This document shows positions 1 through 10,740 of a stretch of 24,000 nucleotides of DNA, piece after piece (within the stretch, counting starts at the first letter, position 1; every line of letters starts with the position of its first letter). The notes beneath the pieces were generated by a model. That model did not search any database. It was not told the origin of the DNA and worked only from the letters and a program-made list of their open reading frames with translations. The position numbers and the translations under genes are program-made. Source of the stretch: an uncultured Eubacteriales bacterium (GTDB taxonomy: Bacteria > Bacillota > Clostridia > TANB77 > UBA1234). Location: assembly GCA_964400015.1 (NCBI GenBank), contig CAYNRR010000015.1, forward strand, positions 9,184 to 33,183, read 5' to 3'.

Positions 1-16
1 TCTTGAAAGAATTCGG

Positions 17-673
17 ATGGAGCGTGACAATATTTTCGTTTTAGTGAAGGCATCTGAACTTGCTGTTACAGACGAATTCTTACAGTATGTCCCACGAACA
101 GAAAAGCAAGCTAACCTGAAAATTGCAATAATGCAAGGTATTCTTGCAGGCTACAAAGACTTCTGGAAACCGATAGTAGATCCGTCATTCGATGCATACG
201 GCGATGGAATTCGCTATGAATTTGGAAAAAAACCTGCTGTAGGTAAAAACTTTGAATGGTGGAAAGATGTTGCTGATAAATTTTGGCCAGAAAGAAAAAG
301 CCGTTTAGGAACTAAAGCAGAGTACATTTCGTTCTTGGGGGTTTTGCTAAAAGAACTTGTTGCTTCTGGTGTTGAGCTTGAAAAAGCATGGTATCAGGTT
401 TGTGATAATTCCGAAGAATTAGGAATGTATTTTGGTGTACAAGGCTTAGAAATTGCAATTGGAGAAACTGGTATGTTCCCGGTATGTGGTTTTTATGATT
501 TTGCAAACACATACAAAATCGTCGAAAATGCTGAAGAAGAAAAAGTTTTTTCCTTTGTTGGTGGTGCCTATGATACTAATGGAATGGTTTCTCCATTAGC
601 TCAGTTAGGCGATAGAGTATGCAGTACTAATGCACAAGAAAGAGCGACAGGCTGGATAATTCTAGAAGAATAA
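17..673 (+). CDS. hypothetical protein; frame is open upstream to the window edge, so the start is uncertain
   Basis: 218-aa ORF; upstream codons CTT GAA AGA ATT CGG are open in frame; followed by a hairpin terminator. Confidence 0.6.
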   Translation: MERDNIFVLVKASELAVTDEFLQYVPRTEKQANLKIAIMQGILAGYKDFWKPIVDPSFDAYGDGIRYEFGKKPAVGKNFEWWKDVADKFWPERKSRLGTKAEYISFLGVLLKELVASGVELEKAWYQVCDNSEELGMYFGVQGLEIAIGETGMFPVCGFYDFANTYKIVENAEEEKVFSFVGGAYDTNGMVSPLAQLGDRVCSTNAQERATGWIILEE

Positions 674-686
674 TATTTAAAAACTA

Positions 687-726
687 AAATAAAGCGTGGA
701 TTGTTATAATTCACGCTTTATTTATT
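687..726 (+). terminator. Rho-independent terminator (possibly bidirectional)
   Basis: AAATAAAGCGTG ... CACGCTTTATTT perfect 12-bp inverted repeat just after the stop at 673. Confidence 0.75.
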
Positions 727-791
727 GTATCTCTTGTTTATAATAAAAAAGATTGATATTATATAGAAAAGCGAATGAAAGGAAAATAAAT

Positions 792-1358
792 ATGAAGAAG
801 AGAAAAATCATTAGTATTGCTGGAGATTTAAGTAGTGGAAAAACAACAGTTACAAAGCTTATGCAAGAAACTTTAAAATATGAAATTTATAGAAATGGAG
901 AATATTTTAGAAAACTAGCTGCTGAAAAAGGAATGAGTGTTACAGAATTTAATGTTTATGTAAAAGATCATCCGGAAATAGACCAACAAATAGAACAAAG
1001 TGCAAGAGAATATGCAGCCGAACGTGAAAATTTGATTATAGATGCAAGGCTTGGATGGTATGCAGTTCCAGATTCGTTCAAAATATATTTAAGAGTAGAC
1101 ACAGATGAAGCTGCTAGAAGAGCTTTTGGTGATCCAAACAGAAAAAAAACAGAGAACTTTTCAACAGTTGAAGAACAAAAACAAGACATGATAAAACGTT
1201 TCACACTTGAAAATGAGCGTTATTTTAATTTGTATGGCGTACATAAAGAAGATATGTCAAATTATGATTTTGTATTAGATACAACAAACTTAACACCGGA
1301 AGAAGTAAATCAAAAGATAATCGAAGCTTATGAAAAATGGTTAACAGATACATTGTAA
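792..1358 (+). CDS. cytidylate-kinase-like P-loop nucleoside kinase
   Basis: MKKRKIISIAGDLSSGKTTVTKLM (Walker A GDLSSGKTT) plus a DARLGW motif; ATG at 792 preceded by GAAAGGAAAATAA; the ORF-track start at 753 is too early. Confidence 0.7.
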   Translation: MKKRKIISIAGDLSSGKTTVTKLMQETLKYEIYRNGEYFRKLAAEKGMSVTEFNVYVKDHPEIDQQIEQSAREYAAERENLIIDARLGWYAVPDSFKIYLRVDTDEAARRAFGDPNRKKTENFSTVEEQKQDMIKRFTLENERYFNLYGVHKEDMSNYDFVLDTTNLTPEEVNQKIIEAYEKWLTDTL

Positions 1359-1362
1359 AAAC

Positions 1363-1398
1363 GCATAGAACTTGCTTGAATTAAGCAAGTTTTTATGC
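1363..1398 (+). terminator. Rho-independent terminator
   Basis: GCATAGAACTTGCTT-gaatt-AAGCAAGTTTTTATGC. Confidence 0.7.
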
Positions 1399-1432
1399 TA
1401 TACTCTGTTGAGCATGAAGGCCACATAAGGAG

Positions 1433-2494
1433 GTGAAAAAATTGAATTATTTGCTAAATAGAGATGAAAAAATCAAGGAATTACACAGAATATATAATGA
1501 TAATAAAATGATTCCAGATTTTATTGCAAATTTGTTAGAGATACCTGAAATCCAACGATTAAGTGGAGTAGATCAAAATTCGGGTGTTAATATGAGTGCA
1601 TTCAATATGTTTAATTACAAATATTCAATTTTGGATCATTCGTTAGGTGTAGCGCTTATACTTAATAATTTTGTAACAAATAATAATCAAATAATGGCAG
1701 CACTGTTGCACGATATTGCAACGCCAGCTTTTTTCAATAGTACTTACATAATTGAAGAAAAAAATTTTAATCCTAAAGAAGTAAAACTTACAGTGTATGA
1801 TGCGATAGTCGGTTCGGACAAATTGTTTGATTATATCACAAAAAATGAATTGTCTATAGACGAAATGTGTGACTATACTAAATATCCTCTTGGATATAAT
1901 TTTACGCCATGCTTAAGTGCCACTAAGTTAGAATATTTCTTACACACAATGTATTTAAATGAAATGTGTGATATAGAAAAAATAGAAGAAATATATAAAG
2001 ACATACTAGTTGTACCTAACGAGGAAAGTATGCCAGAATTTTGTTTTAACACTCCGGAAATAGCAAAAGAATTCTGTATAATGGCTTTAGAATGTGGAAG
2101 TATGTATCGTTCGTATGAAGCAAAAGCAACTATGAAATTTGTTTCAGATACAATTGCTGCAATGGTTAGAAGAGAAGTTATCTCAAGAAAAGATTTATAC
2201 ACGTATAGTGATCGTACAATAATGGAAATAGGGCTAAGCTGTAGCGATAAAAGAATAAGTGATAGATGGAAATACCTACCTTTGTTAAATAAAGTATATA
2301 TGCAATTTAACAAACTTGAAGATAAGACATGTAACAAACTGATTATGGAATTAAAATATATTGATCCACTAATAAGACTAAAAAACGGTAGAACTGTTAG
2401 AATGTCAGATTTTGATACAAGATGCAAAGAAAAAATAACTAGCTTTTTAAACTCTGATACAGATTTATATTTTTATATAGATTATGAAGATTAA
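1433..2494 (+). CDS. HD-domain superfamily phosphohydrolase
   Basis: ILDHSLGVAL...ALLHDIATPAF HD-type metal-binding motifs; AAGGAGG followed by a GTG start. Confidence 0.7.
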   Translation: MKKLNYLLNRDEKIKELHRIYNDNKMIPDFIANLLEIPEIQRLSGVDQNSGVNMSAFNMFNYKYSILDHSLGVALILNNFVTNNNQIMAALLHDIATPAFFNSTYIIEEKNFNPKEVKLTVYDAIVGSDKLFDYITKNELSIDEMCDYTKYPLGYNFTPCLSATKLEYFLHTMYLNEMCDIEKIEEIYKDILVVPNEESMPEFCFNTPEIAKEFCIMALECGSMYRSYEAKATMKFVSDTIAAMVRREVISRKDLYTYSDRTIMEIGLSCSDKRISDRWKYLPLLNKVYMQFNKLEDKTCNKLIMELKYIDPLIRLKNGRTVRMSDFDTRCKEKITSFLNSDTDLYFYIDYED

Positions 2495-2536
2495 AAAACG
2501 AGCAATTCCTTTTGAGGGAAAAGCTCGTTTTTTATT
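2493..2536. terminator. bidirectional Rho-independent terminator between convergent genes
   Basis: AAAAAACGAGC ... GCTCGTTTTTT inverted repeat. Confidence 0.8.
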
Positions 2537-2540
2537 TTAA

Positions 2541-2816
2541 TTAGTATCTTTCAACCTTAAACAAGGCCGAATTAAATGTGGTTCCGCTGCCAGCACAGAA
2601 AGAACGGTAGAAGAACCGGTAGGTGTCACTTTCGTGGCACAAAATCGAAATTTTTACATTGTCGTTTTTCAGAAGAACCTGGCGTTCACCGGGTCTCAGA
2701 TTGCGAGGAAAAGAAAATCCGACTTCTTGGAGCTCATCTAAGCACAGTTGCACAAGCTGTTCCTCAGATTTCGTGTTGTTTTCACCGTTGACGAACTTGT
2801 AGCTGATGTTGCTCAT
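2541..2816 (-). CDS. small hypothetical protein, compositionally distinct from its neighbours
   Basis: ORF in track; likely start MSNISYKFV at 2816 preceded by AAAGGTAGG on the minus strand. Confidence 0.6.
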   Translation of the reverse strand: MSNISYKFVNGENNTKSEEQLVQLCLDELQEVGFSFPRNLRPGERQVLLKNDNVKISILCHESDTYRFFYRSFCAGSGTTFNSALFKVERY

Positions 2817-2865
2817 AGAAAAAAACCTACCTTTCATTGTTACAAAAAGTATTTGTCACGTTTAG

Positions 2866-2895
2866 ATTATAACATTATATAGCAAATTATGTCAA
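2866..2895 (-). promoter_or_regulatory. sigmaA-type promoter for the minus-strand small gene
   Basis: minus strand TTGACA-N18-TATAAT. Confidence 0.6.
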
Positions 2896-2950
2896 TAAAG
2901 GTTTACGAAATTGTTCATAAAATTTTCACACAATATTTTAGCAATCGGTA

Positions 2951-2979
2951 TTGACAAGTGCTAAACGTAGTGATATTTT
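2951..2979 (+). promoter_or_regulatory. sigmaA-type promoter of the hrcA operon
   Basis: TTGACA (2951) -N17- TATTTT (2974). Confidence 0.65.
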
Positions 2980-2990
2980 TATTATAGTTT

Positions 2991-3017
2991 TTAGCACTCC
3001 GAAATTTTAAGTGCTAA
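2991..3017 (+). promoter_or_regulatory. CIRCE operator (HrcA binding site)
   Basis: TTAGCACTC-N9-AAGTGCTAA, one mismatch to consensus TTAGCACTC-N9-GAGTGCTAA, directly upstream of hrcA. Confidence 0.93.
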
Positions 3018-3037
3018 ATATGGGGGAAGGTGATAAA

Positions 3038-4096
3038 ATGCTTTTAGATGATCGCAAAAAGCGTATTTTAGAAGCTGTTATCGAAGAATATAACGCCACT
3101 GCAGAACCGGTTGGTTCAAGCAAGATTGCAAACGATTACAACTTAGGTTTTAGTTCTGCAACCATCAGAAATGAGATGGCAAGCTTGGAAGAGCTTGGTT
3201 ACTTGGAACAACCACACATATCAGCAGGTAGAATACCTTCAAGTCAAGGATACAGGTTTTATATCGATTCGATAATGCAAGAAAAAAACTTGTCGGCTCA
3301 AGAAAAGAAAGTGATAGATGAAATCTTAAAAGAAGATGTAATAAAATTAGAAACTTTAATAAAAGATGCATCTAATATTTTAGCAAAACTTACAAACTAC
3401 GCTTCTATAGCAATTGGTCCGCAAATGACAAATTGTAAAGTAGAAGAAATTAAACTTGTAAAACTTGGGCATGATAGATTGATGATAGTTATTTTAGCAG
3501 ATAATGGTGTCATAAAAGAAAGTATTATCAAATATGATGGTATGCTTCCAGAAGAAAACATTGAGATTTTCAATACTTATTTAAATCATAGTCTAAAAGG
3601 AATGAATTTCGAGCAAATATATCAAAATATAAATGCATACGTTGAAAACGAACTATATAATATTAGCACGAATGTTATTCCATTAGTTAATGAACTAAAT
3701 AATTTATTGATAGACAAAGATGTAGAATTTCATATGGAAGGTGCTAAAAACTTATTAAGCTTGCCCGAAATGAAACAAGAAAATACATTGAAAAATTTTT
3801 TAAATATTATAGAAACTCAGGATGCGTTAAAAGAAATTGTTAAAAATGGTTATGACGGAAATATAAATGTTTATATAGGTCAGGAAAATGCATTTGAAGA
3901 TTTAAAAGATTTTACAATTATTACATATAAACAAAAGATAAATGACAAAGAGCTTGGTACAATTGGGTTAATTGGACCAAAAAGAATGGATTACAAGAAA
4001 GTTATTCCTGTAATTAAATATGTAGGCGATGTATTACAAGAGAAAATGAAACAAGGAGGAAATTTTGATGACGAACAAGACGGAACAAAACAATGA
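3038..4096 (+). CDS. hrcA: heat-inducible transcription repressor HrcA
   Basis: MLLDDRKKRILEAVIEEYNATAEPVGSSKIA...; downstream of CIRCE; probable ATG at 3038 with GGGGGAAGG, not the GTG at 3011 that overlaps CIRCE. Confidence 0.93.
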   Translation: MLLDDRKKRILEAVIEEYNATAEPVGSSKIANDYNLGFSSATIRNEMASLEELGYLEQPHISAGRIPSSQGYRFYIDSIMQEKNLSAQEKKVIDEILKEDVIKLETLIKDASNILAKLTNYASIAIGPQMTNCKVEEIKLVKLGHDRLMIVILADNGVIKESIIKYDGMLPEENIEIFNTYLNHSLKGMNFEQIYQNINAYVENELYNISTNVIPLVNELNNLLIDKDVEFHMEGAKNLLSLPEMKQENTLKNFLNIIETQDALKEIVKNGYDGNINVYIGQENAFEDLKDFTIITYKQKINDKELGTIGLIGPKRMDYKKVIPVIKYVGDVLQEKMKQGGNFDDEQDGTKQ

Positions 4097-4580
4097 AGTG
4101 CAAAATGAGGAGGTTCAAGAAGTTTCAGTTGCAAGTCTACAAGAAGAACTTGAAAAACTAAAAGCTGAAAACGAAAAGTATTATGATCATTTGCAAAGAA
4201 CAGCTGCAGAATTTGATAATTACAAAAAAAGAGTGTCAAAGGAAAAAGAAAAAATTTATAATTTGGCAGTAGGGGATGTAATTACAAAATTCATTTCCGT
4301 ATTAGACAACTTAGAAAAAGCAACGTTAGCAGAATCAACAGATGAAAAACTTAAAGAAGGCGTTGAATTGATATACAAACAAATGGCTGATTTGTTTACA
4401 GGATTAAATGTTGAAAAAATAGCAACTTTAAAAGAAGAATTTAATCCAGATTTGCATGATGCAGTAATGCATGTTGAAGATAAAGAGTATGGCGAACAAG
4501 AAGTAATCGAAGAACTAAGAAGTGGTTACAAAATGGGCGATAGAGTGTTAAGACATGCAATGGTTAAAGTCGCAAACTAA
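4068..4580 (+). CDS. grpE: nucleotide exchange factor GrpE
   Basis: LQRTAAEFDNYKKRVSKEKE and C-terminal VMHVEDKEYGEQEVIEELRSGYKMGDRVLRHAMVKVAN; overlaps the hrcA 3' end with AAGGAGG inside hrcA. Confidence 0.95.
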   Translation: MTNKTEQNNEVQNEEVQEVSVASLQEELEKLKAENEKYYDHLQRTAAEFDNYKKRVSKEKEKIYNLAVGDVITKFISVLDNLEKATLAESTDEKLKEGVELIYKQMADLFTGLNVEKIATLKEEFNPDLHDAVMHVEDKEYGEQEVIEELRSGYKMGDRVLRHAMVKVAN

Positions 4581-4593
4581 TAAAAATATATAG

Positions 4594-6477
<1,884 letters not shown>

Positions 6478-6494
6478 TTATAAATCTAAAATAA

Positions 6495-6537
6495 AGGGGA
6501 CGCTGTGATGAATTATAAAGTTCGCCATAGCGCCCCT
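6495..6537 (+). promoter_or_regulatory. intergenic mRNA hairpin between dnaK and dnaJ
   Basis: AGGGG-a-CGCTGTG ... CATAGCG-CCCCT, 12 pairs with one bulge and one G-U. Confidence 0.6.
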
Positions 6538-6562
6538 AGACATGTATAAAGGAGAAAATAAA

Positions 6563-7699
6563 ATGGCTGAAACAAAACGCGATTATTATGAAGTCCTTGG
6601 TGTTGAGAAGTCAGCATCAGATGATGAAATAAAAAAAGCTTTTAGAAAACTTGCAAAGAAATATCATCCAGATGCTAATCCTGATAACAAAGAAGAAGCA
6701 GAAAGAAAATTTAAAGAAGTAAATGAAGCGTATGAAGTATTATCTGATCAAACTAAAAGACGTAACTATGATACATTTGGCCATAATGCCGGTGCAAATG
6801 GCTATAGCAGTGACTTTAGTGGATTTAGTGGATTCAACGGATTTCATTCTGCATATGGTAATGGATTCGAGGGTGATATAGACTTAAACGATATCTTTTC
6901 AGCTTTTTTTGGTGGAAGTTCAAGAAGAACTAATAAAAATGGTCCAGTAAAAGGAAGAGATATAAAAGCAAGAGTAGAGATTACATTTGAAGAAGCAGCT
7001 TTTGGAACTATAAAAGAAGTTACAATAAATAGAGATGAACAATGTACTACTTGTAAAGGTAGTGGTTGCAAACCAGGTACTTCAAAAGAAACTTGTAAAG
7101 TATGTGGTGGTTCGGGTCAAATTAGAGAAGGCTCAATGTTTATGCAAAGAATAAGAACTTGTGATCATTGTGGAGGCACAGGTGAAATTGTTTCTGAACC
7201 ATGTAGTGATTGTAAAGGAAGAGGCACAATCAGAAAACAAAGAAAAATAAAAGTATCGATCCCTGCAGGAATTGATAATGGACAAATAATTTCACTTAGT
7301 GGTGAAGGAGAACCAGGTCTAAGAGGTGGAACTTCTGGTAATTTGTATATAACTGTTTCTGTTAAAAAGCATCCTATCTTTGAAAGAAAAGGAGATAGCA
7401 TTTTTGGTAACGTGCATATTTCATTTGCACAAGCAGCTTTAGGAGCGATAATTGACGTTCCAACATTAACAGAGCCTGAAAAATACGATTTAGCAGAAGG
7501 AACACAAACAGGTTCTATCTTTACGTTAAAAGGTAAAGGAATAAAAAATGTTAACGGAAAAGGATATGGAGATTTATACTTTACTGTAATAGTAGATGTT
7601 CCTAAAAAGTTAAATAATACTCAAAGGGAAATTTTAAAACAATTTGCAGAGGCGAGTGGCGAAAGTTTTGAAACAGGTAGGAGAAGAAAATTTTTCTAA
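6563..7699 (+). CDS. dnaJ: co-chaperone DnaJ
   Basis: J domain RDYYEVLGV...HPDAN and four CxxCxGxG zinc motifs; ATG at 6563 after AAAGGAG. Confidence 0.97.
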   Translation: MAETKRDYYEVLGVEKSASDDEIKKAFRKLAKKYHPDANPDNKEEAERKFKEVNEAYEVLSDQTKRRNYDTFGHNAGANGYSSDFSGFSGFNGFHSAYGNGFEGDIDLNDIFSAFFGGSSRRTNKNGPVKGRDIKARVEITFEEAAFGTIKEVTINRDEQCTTCKGSGCKPGTSKETCKVCGGSGQIREGSMFMQRIRTCDHCGGTGEIVSEPCSDCKGRGTIRKQRKIKVSIPAGIDNGQIISLSGEGEPGLRGGTSGNLYITVSVKKHPIFERKGDSIFGNVHISFAQAALGAIIDVPTLTEPEKYDLAEGTQTGSIFTLKGKGIKNVNGKGYGDLYFTVIVDVPKKLNNTQREILKQFAEASGESFETGRRRKFF

Positions 7700-7721
7700 A
7701 ATAAAGTAAGAGGTGAGAAAA

Positions 7722-8462
7722 ATTTCAACATTTTATATAAAAAAAACTCAAATAAATGGAAATGAAATACGTGTGATTGGTGATGATGTAAATCATATAA
7801 AAAATGTTCTAAGATATAAAATAAATGATAATTTAGAAGCGTGTGATGAGTATGGTGAAAGATATTTTGCCAAAATTAGTGAATTTTTGCCTAATGAAAT
7901 TTTGTTAGAAATTATTGAAAAACTAGATAAAAATACAGAATTACCTGTAAAAATAGATTTATTCCAAGGCCTTCCAAAATCTGACAAAATGGACTTGATT
8001 GTTCAAAAGGCTACAGAACTTGGTGTTTCAAGTGTTATTCCTGTTGTAACAGACAGGGTTGTCGTAAAAATAGAAAATGGCAACGAACGCAAGAAATTAG
8101 AACGTTGGAATAAAATAGCCTTAGAGGCTGCTAAGCAATCTGGAAGGCAGATAATACCCACAGTTGAAAATGTCATGAATTTGGAAAAAATTATTGAAAA
8201 ACTTTCGAAATATGATATAGTTATAGTGCCTTTTGAGTGCGAAAAAGATAGTACTCTAAAGAATATATTAAAAAACGAAATAAATAAAGTTGAAAGCATA
8301 GCAGTAGTTATTGGCCCAGAAGGTGGATTTTCAGATAAAGATATTGAAACTCTTGAAAGATGTGCAAATACCAAAAAAGTTTCATTAGGCAAAAGAATAC
8401 TTCGTACAGAAACGGCTGGATTGGCTACTTTGGCAATGTTACTTTATGAATATGAACTTTAA
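7722..8462 (+). CDS. rsmE: 16S rRNA m3U1498 methyltransferase RsmE; start uncertain (ATT 7722 or GTG 7713)
   Basis: LDKFQGLPKSDKMDLIVQKATELGVSSVIPV-type region, VVIGPEGGFSDKDI, LGKRILRTETAGLATL motif. Confidence 0.9.
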   Translation: MSTFYIKKTQINGNEIRVIGDDVNHIKNVLRYKINDNLEACDEYGERYFAKISEFLPNEILLEIIEKLDKNTELPVKIDLFQGLPKSDKMDLIVQKATELGVSSVIPVVTDRVVVKIENGNERKKLERWNKIALEAAKQSGRQIIPTVENVMNLEKIIEKLSKYDIVIVPFECEKDSTLKNILKNEINKVESIAVVIGPEGGFSDKDIETLERCANTKKVSLGKRILRTETAGLATLAMLLYEYEL

Positions 8463-8499
8463 TTAGTAATGTTTTATGCAAGGAAGGGTAAGGATTTAT

Positions 8500-9213
8500 A
8501 TGAATTACAGAGAAAGAACAAAATTGATTGACGGATTATGTGGTGCTTTTTTAATGGCACTTTTAGTAGAAGCATTTTATGGATTAGCAGATTACGCATT
8601 TACAGTATATCATTTTAGTATAACTTCGGTTACTAATATAGTATACATACTTTCTGGTATAATGCTTGCTATTGCAATAGCAATACTTATAATTGCTTAC
8701 AAAAAAGAAAATGGAACAGCAGCTACATATGGTGCAGAACTTTTAACACTTGCAATTACAGCCACAATAATTCCAGGAACATATGTTAGTTTACCAAGTC
8801 CGTTCAATAAATTAAATGTGATTTTTCCATTAGCATTTGGTATATATTATTTAGGTAAAGCCATGAAATTACTTTCTAAAGGTAAAAAATCTAATATTGT
8901 ATGTATGGCTATAATTGAATCAATACTTGCTTTGATATTAACATATGCAGTATACAATATTACAAAACCTTTATTCTTTGTTGGTTCTTTCATTACATTG
9001 ATCACATATATTATTTCTATTAAGAAAAAAGATAAACAAGTATGGATGCACGGTCTAGAAATAATGATAGTATCTTTCTTAATGCTTATAATGACTTCAA
9101 AGACAGCTTTAATATTCTTAGCTGTAGCGTCTGGAATTTATTATATGGCAAAAACAGCATATAGATTTTTTAACCCAATAACTTCAAATAAGAAAGAAAA
9201 AAGGAGAAAATAA
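8500..9213 (+). CDS. multi-pass membrane protein of unknown function
   Basis: Repeated hydrophobic helices; ATG at 8500 preceded by AAGGGTAAGG. Confidence 0.65.
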   Translation: MNYRERTKLIDGLCGAFLMALLVEAFYGLADYAFTVYHFSITSVTNIVYILSGIMLAIAIAILIIAYKKENGTAATYGAELLTLAITATIIPGTYVSLPSPFNKLNVIFPLAFGIYYLGKAMKLLSKGKKSNIVCMAIIESILALILTYAVYNITKPLFFVGSFITLITYIISIKKKDKQVWMHGLEIMIVSFLMLIMTSKTALIFLAVASGIYYMAKTAYRFFNPITSNKKEKRRK

Positions 9214-10088
9214 TGATTAAAAGTATGACCGGATATGGTCAGGGAAAATATATAAATGACGGTAGAGAATACACGGTAGAAATAAAAGCAGTTAATCATA
9301 GATATAATGATATTACGGTTAAAATGCCAAGATATCTAAACTTCTTAGAAGATAGCATCAGGAAATATATATCAAGTTCTTTAAATAGAGGTAAAATCGA
9401 TGTATATATATCATTAAGAAATATGAGCGAAAAAGGTAGAGATATAAAAATTGATACCTGTCTTGCTGGTATGTATATACGTGAACTTAGAAAAGTTGCT
9501 GAAGAATATGATATAAAAGACGATTTTACCACAACATCACTTTCAAAAATGCCAGATTTATTTATGGTTGAAAACGAAAATTTAGATGACTTGTATTGGA
9601 ACGAATTAAAAAATGCATTAGATATAGCATTAAATAATATAAATGAAGCTAGAATTTCTGAAGGTGAGCGTTTAGCAAATGATATCACCAATAGATTAAA
9701 TACAATATCTCAAAGTATTCCAGTTGTCGAAGAAGCTTCTAAAAAATTGTTAGAAGAATATAAAACTAAATTGAAAAATAGAATTTCAGAATTAGATGCA
9801 AATGATATAGTAGATGAAAGCAGACTTGGAATAGAAGTTGTATTATTTGCTGATAAATCAAGTATTTGTGAAGAAATTACAAGATTAAAAAGTCACATTG
9901 AAAGTTTTAAAGAAATGCTTAATGCAGAAGGTCCAGTTGGCAAAAAGATAGATTTCTTAATTCAAGAAATGAATAGAGAAACTAACACCATTGGTTCAAA
10001 AGCTAATTCTATAGGTATAACGAAATATGTTATTGAAATGAAAAATGAAATAGAAAACATCAGAGAACAAATTCAAAATATTGAATAA
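9213..10088 (+). CDS. yicC: YicC family endoribonuclease-like protein
   Basis: MIKSMTGYGQGKYINDGREYTVEIKAVNHRYNDITVKMPRYL and C-terminal FLIQEMNRETNTIGSKANSIGIT. Confidence 0.93.
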   Translation: MIKSMTGYGQGKYINDGREYTVEIKAVNHRYNDITVKMPRYLNFLEDSIRKYISSSLNRGKIDVYISLRNMSEKGRDIKIDTCLAGMYIRELRKVAEEYDIKDDFTTTSLSKMPDLFMVENENLDDLYWNELKNALDIALNNINEARISEGERLANDITNRLNTISQSIPVVEEASKKLLEEYKTKLKNRISELDANDIVDESRLGIEVVLFADKSSICEEITRLKSHIESFKEMLNAEGPVGKKIDFLIQEMNRETNTIGSKANSIGITKYVIEMKNEIENIREQIQNIE

Positions 10089-10163
10089 AAAGATGATAGA
10101 AATAAATTGATAATTAAGATATAATATCTATAAAATTTATTATTGATTTATGGAGAGGATTAT

Positions 10164-10415
10164 ATGAAATTTATAAATATTGGTTTTGGTAATATTATTT
10201 CTAGTACTCGAATGATTGCGGCTGTTAGCCCAGAGTCAGCACCAATAAAAAGAATAATACAAGATGCTAGAGATAATGGCAAACTTGTTGATGCTACATA
10301 CGGCAGAAAAACAAGAGCTGTTATAATAATGGATAGTGAACATGTTATTTTATCTTCAGTGCAACCAGAAACAGTTGCAGGAAGATTAGAGGAAGATGCA
10401 GAAGACGAAAATTAA
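10164..10415 (+). CDS. remA: RemA/DUF370 family regulator
   Basis: [71 protein letters not shown]; start at 10164 after GGAGAGG. Confidence 0.92.
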   Translation: MKFINIGFGNIISSTRMIAAVSPESAPIKRIIQDARDNGKLVDATYGRKTRAVIIMDSEHVILSSVQPETVAGRLEEDAEDEN

Positions 10416-10448
10416 GAACTAATATATTTTTATAGGGAGGTAAAATCC

Positions 10449-10640
10449 ATGATAATTAAACCATCATTTAGTGAATTATTAGCAAAAGGAAATGGAAAAT
10501 ATTCATTAGTAATAGGTACAGCTAAAAGAGCTAGACAAATAGCAGAAGGTAGTCCTAAACTAACAAATGCTAAAATGGAATCTGATGTTACAACTGCAGC
10601 AATAGAAATTGCAGAAGATAAGATTGTTATCGCAAAATAA
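10449..10640 (+). CDS. rpoZ: RNA polymerase omega subunit
   Basis: MIIKPSFSELLAKGNGKYSLVIGTAKRARQIAEG. Confidence 0.88.
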   Translation: MIIKPSFSELLAKGNGKYSLVIGTAKRARQIAEGSPKLTNAKMESDVTTAAIEIAEDKIVIAK

Positions 10641-10646
10641 TAAAAG

Positions 10647-10713
10647 TTAGAGCATAGAAGTCTCTACATTGAAGTGAACATGAAGTAACTTCGTGGGAAT
10701 TTCTATGCTCTAA
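10647..10713 (+). promoter_or_regulatory. strong palindromic element in the secA 5' leader
   Basis: TTAGAGCATAGAA (10647-10659) ... TTCTATGCTCTAA (10701-10713), perfect 13-bp inverted repeat. Confidence 0.7.
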
Positions 10714-10740
10714 TTTTAGTTACGAAAGGAAGAAATATAA

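Noticed and set aside
4065-4096. hrcA/grpE overlap as a possible frameshift fusion
   Set aside because: Both proteins have full expected ends and starts, and AAGGAGG precedes the grpE ATG; this is ordinary translational coupling.
10088-10449. Missing gmk between remA and rpoZ, and missing prmA between dnaJ and rsmE
   Set aside because: Gene order varies between lineages; absence from this window says nothing about absence from the genome.
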